Source: a virus
Lineage: Duplodnaviria > Caudoviricetes
IMG/VR virus record: IMGVR_UViG_2940228231_000002
Location: 1-64,000 of that record
Length of the DNA stretch: 64,000 bases
Strand: one strand, 5' to 3'
Part shown: piece after piece, positions 40,133 through 50,043 of the stretch
How positions within the stretch are numbered: position 1 is the first letter of the stretch
Layout of the letters: every line of letters begins with the position of its first letter
The notes under the pieces: model-generated
Told to the model about the DNA's origin: nothing
Databases searched by the model: none
Seen by the model: only the letters and a program-made list of their open reading frames with translations
Made by a program: the position numbers and the translations under genes

Positions 40133-40793
40133 TTCTTGTGTTTACTAAAATCATTTTCTTGAATTCATCGTTTCTGCCTAACACTACATTGATGAAATTA
40201 TCAATTGTGAAATTGCATACTGCCCTCACTGTAGATACAAGTGATAGTGTCGTATTGCATGCTGAAACTGGTGTGTCGGCATCTGCTTCCTCGTCTGTAA
40301 AATTCATAGATTTAAGCAGATTATCTTTTTCTTTATAATCATGCCATCTTGCACCATATGCCTGAGCATCTGTCAATCGAATTCTGTTGTCAAATACAGC
40401 CTTTATATTGACATTGTTAAAATTCGTCTGGCATATTGTTTTTCTGACTGAGATTTTATCTACGGCCATGAAGACATATCCATTGAGCATTTGATTTTCA
40501 TATCGTTCAACGAACTGAATGTCAACATCTGGGTTTATCTCTCGCATAATACCTGCCAGTGCCTCTGTTTTCTTTCGCCCAATATCTTTTTGTCTAAACA
40601 TCTGATTTGAGATATTGTGTGGCTCTACAGTATCAAAGTCATACAGTGTGAACTTCGTCAGTCCAATTCTCACTAAGAGCTCAGCAGTCGAAGACCCGAC
40701 TGCACCACAGCCTATAATATGTATCCTATCCCTGCATTTTTCTGGCTGAAAATATTCGTAAAATTTACTTGTGTCCATTTTTTCCTCCTTCAT
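40110..40793 (-). CDS. ThiF/E1-like ubiquitin-activating enzyme
   Basis: IIGCGAVGS, D.D.VE.HN.SNQ, K, AVD...R, candidate catalytic Cys in PVSAC. Confidence 0.9.
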   Translation of the reverse strand: MKEEKMDTSKFYEYFQPEKCRDRIHIIGCGAVGSSTAELLVRIGLTKFTLYDFDTVEPHNISNQMFRQKDIGRKKTEALAGIMREINPDVDIQFVERYENQMLNGYVFMAVDKISVRKTICQTNFNNVNIKAVFDNRIRLTDAQAYGARWHDYKEKDNLLKSMNFTDEEADADTPVSACNTTLSLVSTVRAVCNFTIDNFINVVLGRNDEFKKMILVNTRNFEVDAF

Positions 40794-41367
40794 TTTTTAC
40801 TTTTGGGTCTACCATTTCCAGATATTCTTCATAAATATCACGTAGCCCACCATCTGATGTGCCAATGTAGATATTTTCACTGTTATATAGTAGCCCGTCT
40901 TCTCTGTCTGCAATCCTAAAAAAGAAATCGAACCTCTTATTTAGAATTATAAAGATGTAGAAACTATCCTCTTGTAGCATTTCTATAGTGTCGTATTGAT
41001 AATCCAAATCAACTCCAGACGGTGATGTTTGCATGTTAACATGGGAATGTCCATATAAACATAGGTTATCAAGCCTCTCATCTTCTTCGAGCGCCATTTT
41101 TTCCAACCACTGCCCATATAGGTTATCAATACATTGCACGGTTACTGGAGACGTTTTGTGCGGATAGAGGAACACATCATCAATCTGATATTCACCCTTC
41201 CCGATCTTTCGCCCACTTCCGTGCCATGCAATTTCGTTTTGATGGAACATTGTCAGGAAAAGCATTTTCGACATTGCTTTTGGGTCAAACAGCACTTTCG
41301 CCTTATCATCTGTTTTTTCAAGCGACGCCACAACAATGCTTTTATCTTTCACATCGTTCTTATTCAT
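40765..41367 (-). CDS. JAB/JAMM metallopeptidase (deubiquitinase-like)
   Basis: E(IAWHG) ... HSHVNM..SPSGVD matches E-HxH-x7-S-x2-D. Confidence 0.88.
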   Translation of the reverse strand: MNKNDVKDKSIVVASLEKTDDKAKVLFDPKAMSKMLFLTMFHQNEIAWHGSGRKIGKGEYQIDDVFLYPHKTSPVTVQCIDNLYGQWLEKMALEEDERLDNLCLYGHSHVNMQTSPSGVDLDYQYDTIEMLQEDSFYIFIILNKRFDFFFRIADREDGLLYNSENIYIGTSDGGLRDIYEEYLEMVDPKVKNEGGKNGHK

Positions 41368-42697
41368 TGCTCTCCTCCTTATAGAAATTCTCGATAATAT
41401 AGCGGCCACTGTGCAGCTCACCCGACTCATCCATTATGCATTCACAAGCCATAATTTCATCGAGGAAACGCATGGCAACTGTGGGGTCGAGCCAATTGAT
41501 ATTCTGCGTTAGCGATATTGTCGCCTGTATTGCACTAATTAAATCGCCGTTTTCCATAGCTTGATTCCAAAGCATTTCAAATCCTCCATTGCATTTATAC
41601 ATAGCTGCATGTGGAGCTGGCAAGCCTTCGTAATCCTCTCTCAACCTATGTTCATCTGATACATTTCTCATATAGCTTTGGACATCAAAAGTGATTGCAA
41701 ATGTAGCACTTCCCATAATTTTATACTTGTAATTAACAAAGATTTCATCTAATAGCCATTTCGCCGCTTTTTTCTTATCATTATGCATACCGCCATATAT
41801 ACATACCCTGTCCAAGTCCTCAGTTGCCTTTTGGAATCCATCTTGGTCAAAATAAACTATAGGAGCGACAACATCATAAAACACCTCTGTTCCCCGTGTT
41901 TGTATGTTTTTTATTAGCTGATTTCCGACAAGAAAATCAATGAGCTCTTTATCTCTTTCATTAGTTCCTGCCTCGTTTTCAATTCCAGATAGTATTAACA
42001 TATCGTAATTATTCGCTTCTATGTTCCTTCTATACTCTTGCATAAATGACTCATTCTCTCTATTGCGCTCGTCTATTCTATTTGCAGCAGTTTTCCTTCT
42101 CTGTTTATTCATAATCTGAAGACCATGTATAATAGCATCTTTTTGAATTTGCACCTCAAGTTTTTCGACATCGAATGTAGAGGCAGCCAAGGCCATCTCG
42201 AATGCCTTAGTGCTATCTGACTTTGCAACTTCTTTTAACCAATTAACTTTTTTCCCAATGGTTTTAACATCAATAAGCCCATTTGCAAGTCTTGGCAATA
42301 ATCCCGCTATTACGTGCACAGTTTTTTTGATTACAAAATCTCCCATAGCTCTATTTTTGCCTTTAATAAGGATAATCTTTGTATTGTCTACTTCGTATAT
42401 ATTCACAACCATTGGAAAACCGCAAGACTTAGTAAGATATTCAGATGTGATTACGTCCTCTTTTCCCATGAGTTCATCTAAACTATCGTTGATAAATGAA
42501 AATATATAATCGTATTTAGTTTCTTGTTCAGGATTTAAAGGATTATAATCTCTACGCATGCACACTGACTTTTCAAGCTTTTCTCCACTGGATAAAACAT
42601 TAAGAACAAGCCCCATAGTGAGCAGATCGTCGCTTTTCACATGTATGTTTTGCATTTCTAATTCTTCTATGATTTTCCTTTTTACCGATCCATTCAT
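41360..42697 (-). CDS. putative E2-like conjugating protein with coiled-coil N-terminal region
   Basis: C-terminal LPAPHAAMYKCNGGF resembles the prokaryotic E2 PH-x5-C-x-G signature; sits between Ubl and JAB/E1. Confidence 0.55.
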   Translation of the reverse strand: MNGSVKRKIIEELEMQNIHVKSDDLLTMGLVLNVLSSGEKLEKSVCMRRDYNPLNPEQETKYDYIFSFINDSLDELMGKEDVITSEYLTKSCGFPMVVNIYEVDNTKIILIKGKNRAMGDFVIKKTVHVIAGLLPRLANGLIDVKTIGKKVNWLKEVAKSDSTKAFEMALAASTFDVEKLEVQIQKDAIIHGLQIMNKQRRKTAANRIDERNRENESFMQEYRRNIEANNYDMLILSGIENEAGTNERDKELIDFLVGNQLIKNIQTRGTEVFYDVVAPIVYFDQDGFQKATEDLDRVCIYGGMHNDKKKAAKWLLDEIFVNYKYKIMGSATFAITFDVQSYMRNVSDEHRLREDYEGLPAPHAAMYKCNGGFEMLWNQAMENGDLISAIQATISLTQNINWLDPTVAMRFLDEIMACECIMDESGELHSGRYIIENFYKEESNE

Positions 42698-42726
42698 TGT
42701 TTTTCTCCTTTCTATGTTTTTTATTA

Positions 42727-42910
42727 TCTACTAACCTAAAATTTGTTTTCCGTGACTGAAGCAGACTGGCGCTATGGGCAAGGAAGGCTTCAGGGATTGA
42801 AAAGCGAATTATCACTGCTGCTCGTTATTGCAGCAGTAATCCGACTCGATGTGATAACACAAGTAACACTTGTACTGCATTTAATTACTTTAATGCCATT
42901 CGTTAGTAGA
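42727..42910 (-). ncRNA. retron msr/msd-like element A (predicted)
   Basis: 9-bp IR TCTACTAAC/GTTAGTAGA, G at 42901, stems GCATT/AATGC and TACAAGT-GTT-ACTTGTG, internal hairpins. Confidence 0.7.
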
Positions 42911-42923
42911 CTCTATGTATTAT

Positions 42924-43169
42924 TTACATAGCACCATTTGCGTTTTTGATCGCAGACAGGATATTGGTTTCTTCTTTATATCCTTCTAATTGATTTAGCG
43001 GAGTCGTCATTTCTGCCTCAGTCAAATATCCACCATTTAAGGTGAACTGATTTCCTACTAAGATTCCACAAAATTCTTCCATTTCTGTTACATCTACGAA
43101 TGTGCTATTCTCATCAATAATTGCTGATTTTCTTGCTCCTGTTGAGTTCATTACGATTAATTTAGTCAT
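42924..43169 (-). CDS. ubiquitin-like (beta-grasp) protein
   Basis: 81 aa, beta-beta-alpha pattern, TLNG..L....L..L, C-terminal KNANG-AM; upstream of E2/JAB/E1. Confidence 0.6.
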   Translation of the reverse strand: MTKLIVMNSTGARKSAIIDENSTFVDVTEMEEFCGILVGNQFTLNGGYLTEAEMTTPLNQLEGYKEETNILSAIKNANGAM

Positions 43170-43244
43170 TTTTATTCTCCTTTTCTCTTCAATAAAATAA
43201 GGCAGCGACTTTTATCACTGCCATCCAATTTTCACTATATCTTT

Positions 43245-43631
43245 TTACAACAAAACACTAACTGATTGCTCAACACTGTCAATTTCTTCTTTGATAACTG
43301 ACAATGCCTGCTCGATGCCCTCTTCAACTGCATTTGCGTTGATCATGACATAAGTGTAGCGTTCTGCAAAATATCGTTTCTTTTCAGCCTCTGTTTCGCC
43401 ACACACTACAACCTTAGTGGCCGCCTTACCATCGCTGGTTGTTTTGCCAAATGCAATTCCATGGCTAAACACACCATTTTCTCCATCACATTTGTACACA
43501 AAATCAACATCGCCGTTTTCGTCATACAATTTTAACACTTCTGGCTTGTACTTTTGAACAGTCTTCAAATCTTCCGTTGTGTAGTCACTTACAATAATTG
43601 CCTCGTTCATCATAATTTTTACTTCTAACAT
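43245..43631 (-). CDS. hypothetical protein upstream of Ubl
   Basis: 128 aa; RBS AAGGAG. Confidence 0.6.
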   Translation of the reverse strand: MLEVKIMMNEAIIVSDYTTEDLKTVQKYKPEVLKLYDENGDVDFVYKCDGENGVFSHGIAFGKTTSDGKAATKVVVCGETEAEKKRYFAERYTYVMINANAVEEGIEQALSVIKEEIDSVEQSVSVLL

Positions 43632-43855
43632 TTTTCTTCTCCTTTTAATCTAAATATTTAACTTTAATTGTTCTCCAATAAATGGACAGAACGCCACATT
43701 TTCAAACTCCACCATACTAACCTTTGTCGGTTCGGGCTTAATTTCTGTGCCACTAAATATGTATGCTAGTTGCCTGTGGTGTCCTTGCTCTACTACGCAG
43801 AAACCAGTGGGGTCTCTCGCACATTTTGCTTTACTCTTTTTCATTTTTTCCTCCT

Positions 43856-44570
43856 TTAATAATTGCTTAGTAATATTTTTTCAAACTCATCTCCATCTGG
43901 ATCGAATTCAGGTTTTAAGTGAGTCAAGTCCATAAATTCCTGAAATGATATCTCATACGGAAGACTTATAAAACGATCCGCACGATTCCCATATATCATT
44001 CCCCCATCTACACACAAGCGGTAAAATGTATTTTCTCGATAATAATTCCAATATGTTTCTTTATCATCATCATCGCACCAATGAAAACCAATCGAGTAGA
44101 CATACTCTATGAATTCTTTAGCTTCATTTTCCGTTAGACATTCTATCATTGGTCTTCCATCAAAAATATCAAATATGTCATCAACTGTTAGGTTCATATA
44201 ACTCCTCCTCTTCATAATTTCCCAGTAATATTTTTTCAAATTCATCAGGGTCTACTTCAATTTTGAAGTAAAGAGCAAAATTGATCAAATCCATGAATTC
44301 CTGAAATGACATTCGTTTCTGTAAATATTGTGCATTTGCTTTTAGATAATCAACGCCTGCATATTGTATCTTTCCATTGCCTCGCAATGAATAGTGAGTA
44401 TTTTCCTTCTGATAAATCCACAGTCGTATTTCACCTGCAATATCACTTTCCACTCCAAACCCAATAGAATGAATAAATTTTATAAACGCTCTTGCTTCAT
44501 CTCTAGTTTTACAATTAATCCACGTATTTTCACCTATAATGTCTATTACGTCTGTAATTGTTGGCTTCAT
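43856..44570 (-). repeat. two tandem paralogous genes (43856-44197, 44181-44570)
   Basis: I.C.T..EA..FI....SIGF, ENT.Y.L, SFQEFMDL, DEFEKILL.NY. Confidence 0.8.
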
Positions 44571-44584
44571 ATTTTCTCCTTTCA

Positions 44585-44676
44585 GTGTGCTTTACTATCT
44601 ACTCAGACTTTATAATCTACCATGAAAAAGAATAAGCAATTAACGTCTGCATATCTGAGTAGATAACAAAACACAC
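44585..44676 (-). ncRNA. small structured RNA candidate
   Basis: 24-bp terminal stem whose non-Watson-Crick pairs are all G-U on the minus strand. Confidence 0.5.
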
Positions 44677-44696
44677 CTGTTGTTATTTAGTGCGTT

Positions 44697-45299
44697 TCAT
44701 ATTTTTTCTTCCAGTGGCCATGTAAACTCGTCCAATTTTCCATAATCTCCAAACCACCAAAAATCCTCTTCTTCGTCATCTTGGTTAATCCAGATTTTCC
44801 CGTTGTTCTCTTCTTTAGCAAGTGACATCACGTCAAAATCTGCAATGATTGAGCCGAAGAAATTAACAAGCACATCTCTTGCGATTTGGTATGGCGTTCC
44901 GTCACAGCCACCGTCTCTGAGTTCAAATAGGTGCAGCCCATCTGGTATGGTGTTTCTGTTAATTCTCATATCTGAGAAAAGAAACAAGTGGTCTTTGCCG
45001 TCAATTGTGCAGCCTACTAGGTCGAAACTCTCTTTTGTTGCATTTATTTGATTATTGCAATATTTACTATCCATGCAATTCGTGCAGTTATTGCAATCGA
45101 TACAATCACTACAATCCACGCAGTATGAGCAGTTTATGCAATTTCTACAATCAATACACTCTGTACAATTCTCACAGTCTATACAGTTTTCACAGTCAGT
45201 CAATGAATTGCTATTCGTTTCGGCATCTATCTCACTGTAATATCTTGAATTCCACTTGTTATTGTTCTCATCTACCCAAAATCCATTTATTAGTTTCAT
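44697..45299 (-). CDS. Cys-repeat protein fused to an LPD28-like domain
   Basis: MKLINGFWVD...(CxxC)n then LF...RI.R.TIPDGL..FELR...VLVNFFGSII. Confidence 0.6.
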   Translation of the reverse strand: MKLINGFWVDENNNKWNSRYYSEIDAETNSNSLTDCENCIDCENCTECIDCRNCINCSYCVDCSDCIDCNNCTNCMDSKYCNNQINATKESFDLVGCTIDGKDHLFLFSDMRINRNTIPDGLHLFELRDGGCDGTPYQIARDVLVNFFGSIIADFDVMSLAKEENNGKIWINQDDEEEDFWWFGDYGKLDEFTWPLEEKI

Positions 45300-45301
45300 T
45301 T

Positions 45302-45862
45302 TTATTCTCCTTTTTCACCGATTTCAAATAATGCTTTTACTTTCTCAATTTCTGCTTTATATTGTTTGCCGTACTCATTATCTCCGTGTGTTTTTTCAAC
45401 TGCCTCTTCAAATTCTTTCAGGTTTCCATAAAAACAACCACATATCACTTGCAATGATTTTCCGTTTTTTATTTTTCCATTATAGAAATATGTTATCTCA
45501 TTACGACTACCAATATGTTTAGTAGAATATAATTGTGGCTGTTCTGTATAATTCTCGCAACATCTGCAATGTAAACACTTTGAACAACCATCACAGCAAC
45601 TGCAACTCCTACAATTTTTACACTTTCGACAACCTGTACAATTTGCGCAGCTTATACAATCTCTACAGCCTCTGCAATGTAAGCATTTTGTGCAATTTTT
45701 ACAATCAAAACAATTTTTACAATCAAAACAATTTTCACAGTTTGTGCAATCTCTACAATCAACTAGTGTTTTGCTACAAGCCTCAGCTTCATCTTCACTG
45801 CAAAGCCCATCACCCCATCTGTTATTTCTATCATCTACCCAAAATCCATTCACATGTTTCAT
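45302..45862 (-). CDS. Cys-repeat protein
   Basis: NGFWVD head, (CxxC)n, IGSR...CGCF.G.L.EFE..V..THGDN tail. Confidence 0.75.
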   Translation of the reverse strand: MKHVNGFWVDDRNNRWGDGLCSEDEAEACSKTLVDCRDCTNCENCFDCKNCFDCKNCTKCLHCRGCRDCISCANCTGCRKCKNCRSCSCCDGCSKCLHCRCCENYTEQPQLYSTKHIGSRNEITYFYNGKIKNGKSLQVICGCFYGNLKEFEEAVEKTHGDNEYGKQYKAEIEKVKALFEIGEKGE

Positions 45863-46046
45863 AATTTTCTCCTACATTCTAAAAAAGACAGCCGTTCTAT
45901 AGTCTGTCATTTTTCCCGTTCTAATATAGCTTTCAATTTGGCTCTCATAGTCTCTCACATCTTCTTCTGCCTCGTGATAATTGTCGGCAGTGGAGATAAG
46001 CCGTTTTCCGTGATATACTTCGTAGTACCCACGGTTTTGCTTAATT

Positions 46047-47372
46047 TCAAATTCGTAATTTTGCGCCCACATCATAATATCCCCCTCCAAATCTTGCACC
46101 AAAAAACCAGTAGGTATCTTCTTCAGGTATCTCTACTGGTTCCATGTATTCTTTGTTTAGGTTGCTTTTCTGAACTTCTTCCTCAGTGTATAATTCGTTT
46201 GCTATGTATATCCATATATCTTCAACATCTTCTCCGTAGAAAACCTGCTTATTATCATACTCTGGTTTTACCTTATAGTATTTCATTTTCCTCACTCCAT
46301 TTCTAAATTTAGAAACTCTCCTTTGTTCAGTCCACAGAACGCCTTAATGTGACTCCCTGTGGTTGCACTCCAACCATCCCACAATCTGATCAGATCACCA
46401 TTGGTTTTCCGCTTCACTATCGGCGTGAGATAGCTATAAAGTGTTTTATTTCCGTCGCTATCAATTTCTACAACAGCCTTGTGATTAAAGCTCTTTCGCC
46501 CATTGTTGGGTATTAATTCGTACCTTTCCATTCTTTCACCTGATTAATAAACCTTTCAATTAAAATATCAATCCTTCTGTTCTGCTCCTCTGTGGAGATG
46601 TCATAATTATGTACAATTTTTTCTGCCATCTGATCATACTCTCTGCACAATTCATACGGTGCTTTTAAGTTGCCAAATGGTGCATATCCTGTGGCAATTG
46701 CTGTGCCCTCAAAAGGATAAATATCGGCTCCCCACCCTTCAATTCTTGTGGTGTATGCTACTGGAGTTTTTCTGTTGAGCAGATATTGAATATTGCAATA
46801 TCCCACTGCAATTACATCAGCATAATTTTCCTTTACTGCCACTTTTGTTGTATGAAATTTCATCTTTTACCTACCTTTCTGCTCTCGCAACTGGCTTTGC
46901 CAACGCACTCGCTGGCCACACAAATTTGCCCTCATCAATATTAATCTTATAGCCGTCCTCAACTGCCTCTACAATTTCCGCAGCCTTGTAGTTATATTTT
47001 CTACGCTCCGCAGATTTTGTTAGATAACTTGCCTGAAGAGGCATATTTACTATTACTTTTTGTCCAATTTCTACATTATGCATATTCATCCTCCACATAT
47101 TCTTCCCATCCGTAATTTATAGCACCCATTTTTCACACTCCAATCCTAATGCACTCATCAAGTGGCACTTTATATCCATGCAGCATCACATACGGTCTAT
47201 CTCCATAGTGAATTTTTAATCTATGTGTTTTTTGCTTTGATGGTGAAGTCCACGCACCAGAAACGCAAATCAAATAGTCTTCAATTCCGTATTCAATACT
47301 TTTAATTTCCAGACCACTGAATCCGCTGTAATATGCAACGCTATCCATTGCTAAAACTTCTGCTTTTTTCAT
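46047..47372 (-). CDS. cluster of five small hypothetical early genes (46047-46295, 46292-46531, 46513-46863, 46871-47098, 47133-47372)
   Basis: Closely packed co-directional ORFs with RBSs. Confidence 0.55.
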
Positions 47373-47408
47373 TTTAATACCTCCTTATTATCCTCATAGA
47401 AAATTCTC

Positions 47409-48182
47409 CTATCCTTTCAACTCAAATTTGCACACCATTTCTAAGTCGGTCAATTTTCCACTCATGCCATCTTTCATCTCTTCAGCTGATGCCCAATTTT
47501 CAAACAAGACTCTGAGCACAGCATTTTGCTCCTCTTGTTCTAATTGGCAAACGTATTCTTCCATTTTCACCACATAGATAATGGGCAATTCTGGTTCTTC
47601 AGATAGTTCAAACAATACTTTGACTTTTTCAATTTCCGCTTTGTATTGTTGAGCGTAGTGATTATCTCCATGCGTTTCTTGGATTGTATCTTCAAATTCT
47701 GCAAGACTTCCTCGGAAATCTCCGCAGATAATTTGCAATGATTGTCCATTTTTTATTTGACCATAATAGAATTTCGCTATATCATCATAAATACCAATTT
47801 TTCCTGTTATGTATAATCTAGGTTGTTTTACATAACACTCACAATCCTGACAACTTATACAATCTAAGCATTCCTCACAGTTTATACAGCGTTCGCAATT
47901 TTCGCAGTCCGAACAGTCTACACAAACATGGCAATGGCTACAGTATTCACAAGCATCGCAGCTATGACAACGAACGCACCCTATACAGTTTTTGCAATGC
48001 ATACACCTCTCACAATCACTACAACGATTGCAAAATCCACAACCCGTACAGTTTTTACAATCTATGCATCCATCACAATCAACTAAGCTTAGACTCCATT
48101 TTTCTGCTTCTTCCTTAGAATATAGACTCTGACTCCACTGATTTCCTCTACTATCCGTCCAATATTTATCTATTAATTCCAT
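47409..48182 (-). CDS. Cys-repeat protein (longest paralog)
   Basis: MELIDKYWTDSRGN head, long CxxC-repeat tract, same THGDN/QYKAEIEKVK tail as 45302-45862. Confidence 0.75.
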   Translation of the reverse strand: MELIDKYWTDSRGNQWSQSLYSKEEAEKWSLSLVDCDGCIDCKNCTGCGFCNRCSDCERCMHCKNCIGCVRCHSCDACEYCSHCHVCVDCSDCENCERCINCEECLDCISCQDCECYVKQPRLYITGKIGIYDDIAKFYYGQIKNGQSLQIICGDFRGSLAEFEDTIQETHGDNHYAQQYKAEIEKVKVLFELSEEPELPIIYVVKMEEYVCQLEQEEQNAVLRVLFENWASAEEMKDGMSGKLTDLEMVCKFELKG

Positions 48183-48415
48183 AATTTCCTCCTTACATAA
48201 TTTGTGCAGTCACCAGAAATTGCTAATTCCGCCCTTTGCGTGTTTCTGTAAGCCGACTTTTCGGCTCATGTATCACAATTTCCGCTACACTATTTTACTT
48301 ATTTTTGATTTGCAAACCATATTTCAGAGCAAACTATTGCAATTCACACGTTTCTCCGTGGCTTATACATTTTTGCCCTTTGTTTTGTTTTACTTATTTT
48401 TGATTTGCTACTATA

Positions 48416-48444
48416 TTTATAGCACAGAATTTTTGCCCTGTCAA
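48416..48444 (-). promoter_or_regulatory. sigma-A promoter followed by two copies of GCAAATCAAAAATAAGTA
   Basis: TTGACA-17-TATAAA with TG; motif at 48391-48408 and 48296-48313. Confidence 0.75.
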
Positions 48445-48533
48445 CACTCATTTTTCACTTCTACAATTTACTCACTTTGTTTTAGGGCATAAAAATAGGG
48501 CACGATTTGTGCCCACTGCTTGTATTTTTCACG

Positions 48534-49258
48534 TTATAATTTTTCACTATTAAAGTAATCATCGTCCCAGTCAAGACTGCTGGCTGATGCCCACTCAATA
48601 TTTCCCTCTTCATCTTTTTCACAATCTGCCTCATCTACTATTGCGACAAAGACAGTTCGCTCTTTCTGTTCTCTAACCACAAGATGCTCCCACTGATTTT
48701 CTGCCTCAGCGTTCGCCTCTTCAAGCGTATCAAAGAACTGTTGGAACACGTCGCCGTTCCCATCTTTTCTGCCATCAATTACTGTGTATTTTTTCATTTC
48801 ACTTACCTCACTATTTCCTTTGAGTTCTATTTTTTGCGACTTCCACAGTCATCGCCCATTTGGCGTATATTCATTGTATTTTCTACTCTTTATTTTTTTG
48901 CCTCTCCTATAATATAGCAGTAAACTGCCTATTATTCAATAGTTTATATTTTCTCCCACTACTAATCCTCCCAAAATACACCAATACTATGCGTATTAAA
49001 GCCGTCCAATTCTGGTCTGATCAAACGTGCAGTTTCCCAGTCGATATTCTGATCCTCATCTAATAGGCAATCATTTGAGTCGGCGGAAAATACTTGAATA
49101 TTTAAGTCCCTGCCAAATTCTGTGCCATGCATTGTCCACACATGTGTTGCCACACTATTCGCCTCATCGAGCGTATCATATACACCATGGAAATTCTTCT
49201 TCGTCTTAAACCATGTTTCGTCCATTTCCCACACGACATATTTTCTCATATTTTTCAC
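48534..49258 (-). repeat. two paralogous small genes (48534-48797, 48962-49258)
   Basis: KY.V, DTL.EAN..A...W, DC..DE..NI.W..A. Confidence 0.65.
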
Positions 49259-49519
49259 CTCATTTAATACTTCCTATATTGTGTACATCTCATATGTTTC
49301 TTTATCCATGTACAAATCTCGCCCATTAAAATCATAATCTGTGCCAATATATATAGTGTTCAATTTTTGCAGCTCTGCTTGGGTTATCTGTGTAGCACAT
49401 TCAGTAATTCCACAAACTTCTTCTGGTAAGCTTTTCCTTTCCATCTTAAACCTCCTTTTTGGCACTAAAAGAGGGCACGGCAATTTTCGCATCATGCCCC
49501 CTTCTACTTCGTGCCTCTA

Positions 49520-49897
49520 TTAGCGTGCTATCCTTACAATTTCCGCCTCACTTACTTCAATGTTTAACTCTTCTGCCTCTTCCAACATATCCGCAATTTC
49601 TGGGTACTCATCTAAATGATCAATCACTTCTTGATATTCTTCCCAGTATAGAGCGTCGCCTATTTCCATTACGAGTCCGTCAAGGATGCCCTCGTGCTGC
49701 AATGCCCTCACGACAAACTCTTTTTGCACGCCATCAAACTGCTCGCAATTTTCGGCACATTCTTCAATCAATTCTTGCCTCAGATATGGGTCATATAATA
49801 TTTCCAGTATATCTTCCGCATCTTCCACCAATGTTTCCACTGCAAGCGACAGATTATCGAGCATTTCCGTGCTCCCCAAATATTCCTTCATATTCAT
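49520..49897 (-). CDS. highly acidic protein (possible DNA mimic)
   Basis: Very Glu/Asp-rich 125 aa in the early region. Confidence 0.5.
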   Translation of the reverse strand: MNMKEYLGSTEMLDNLSLAVETLVEDAEDILEILYDPYLRQELIEECAENCEQFDGVQKEFVVRALQHEGILDGLVMEIGDALYWEEYQEVIDHLDEYPEIADMLEEAEELNIEVSEAEIVRIAR

Positions 49898-50043
49898 TTT
49901 TTGCCTTTCCTTTCAATCAAAAAAGTGGGCACATTTTTCGCCCACCTTTTACGCAGCATTTCGCCATTTTCAATTTTTGCGTTATATTTTACACCTTTTG
50001 ATTTTCCATTTTTTCGGTATTATTCATATGTATATATAGTGTT

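Noticed and set aside
43650-43844. Additional retron-like element (contains AGGTTAGTA on the minus strand)
   Set aside because: No matching 5' inverted repeat or msr-like stems found; the region has an RBS-led 64-aa ORF.
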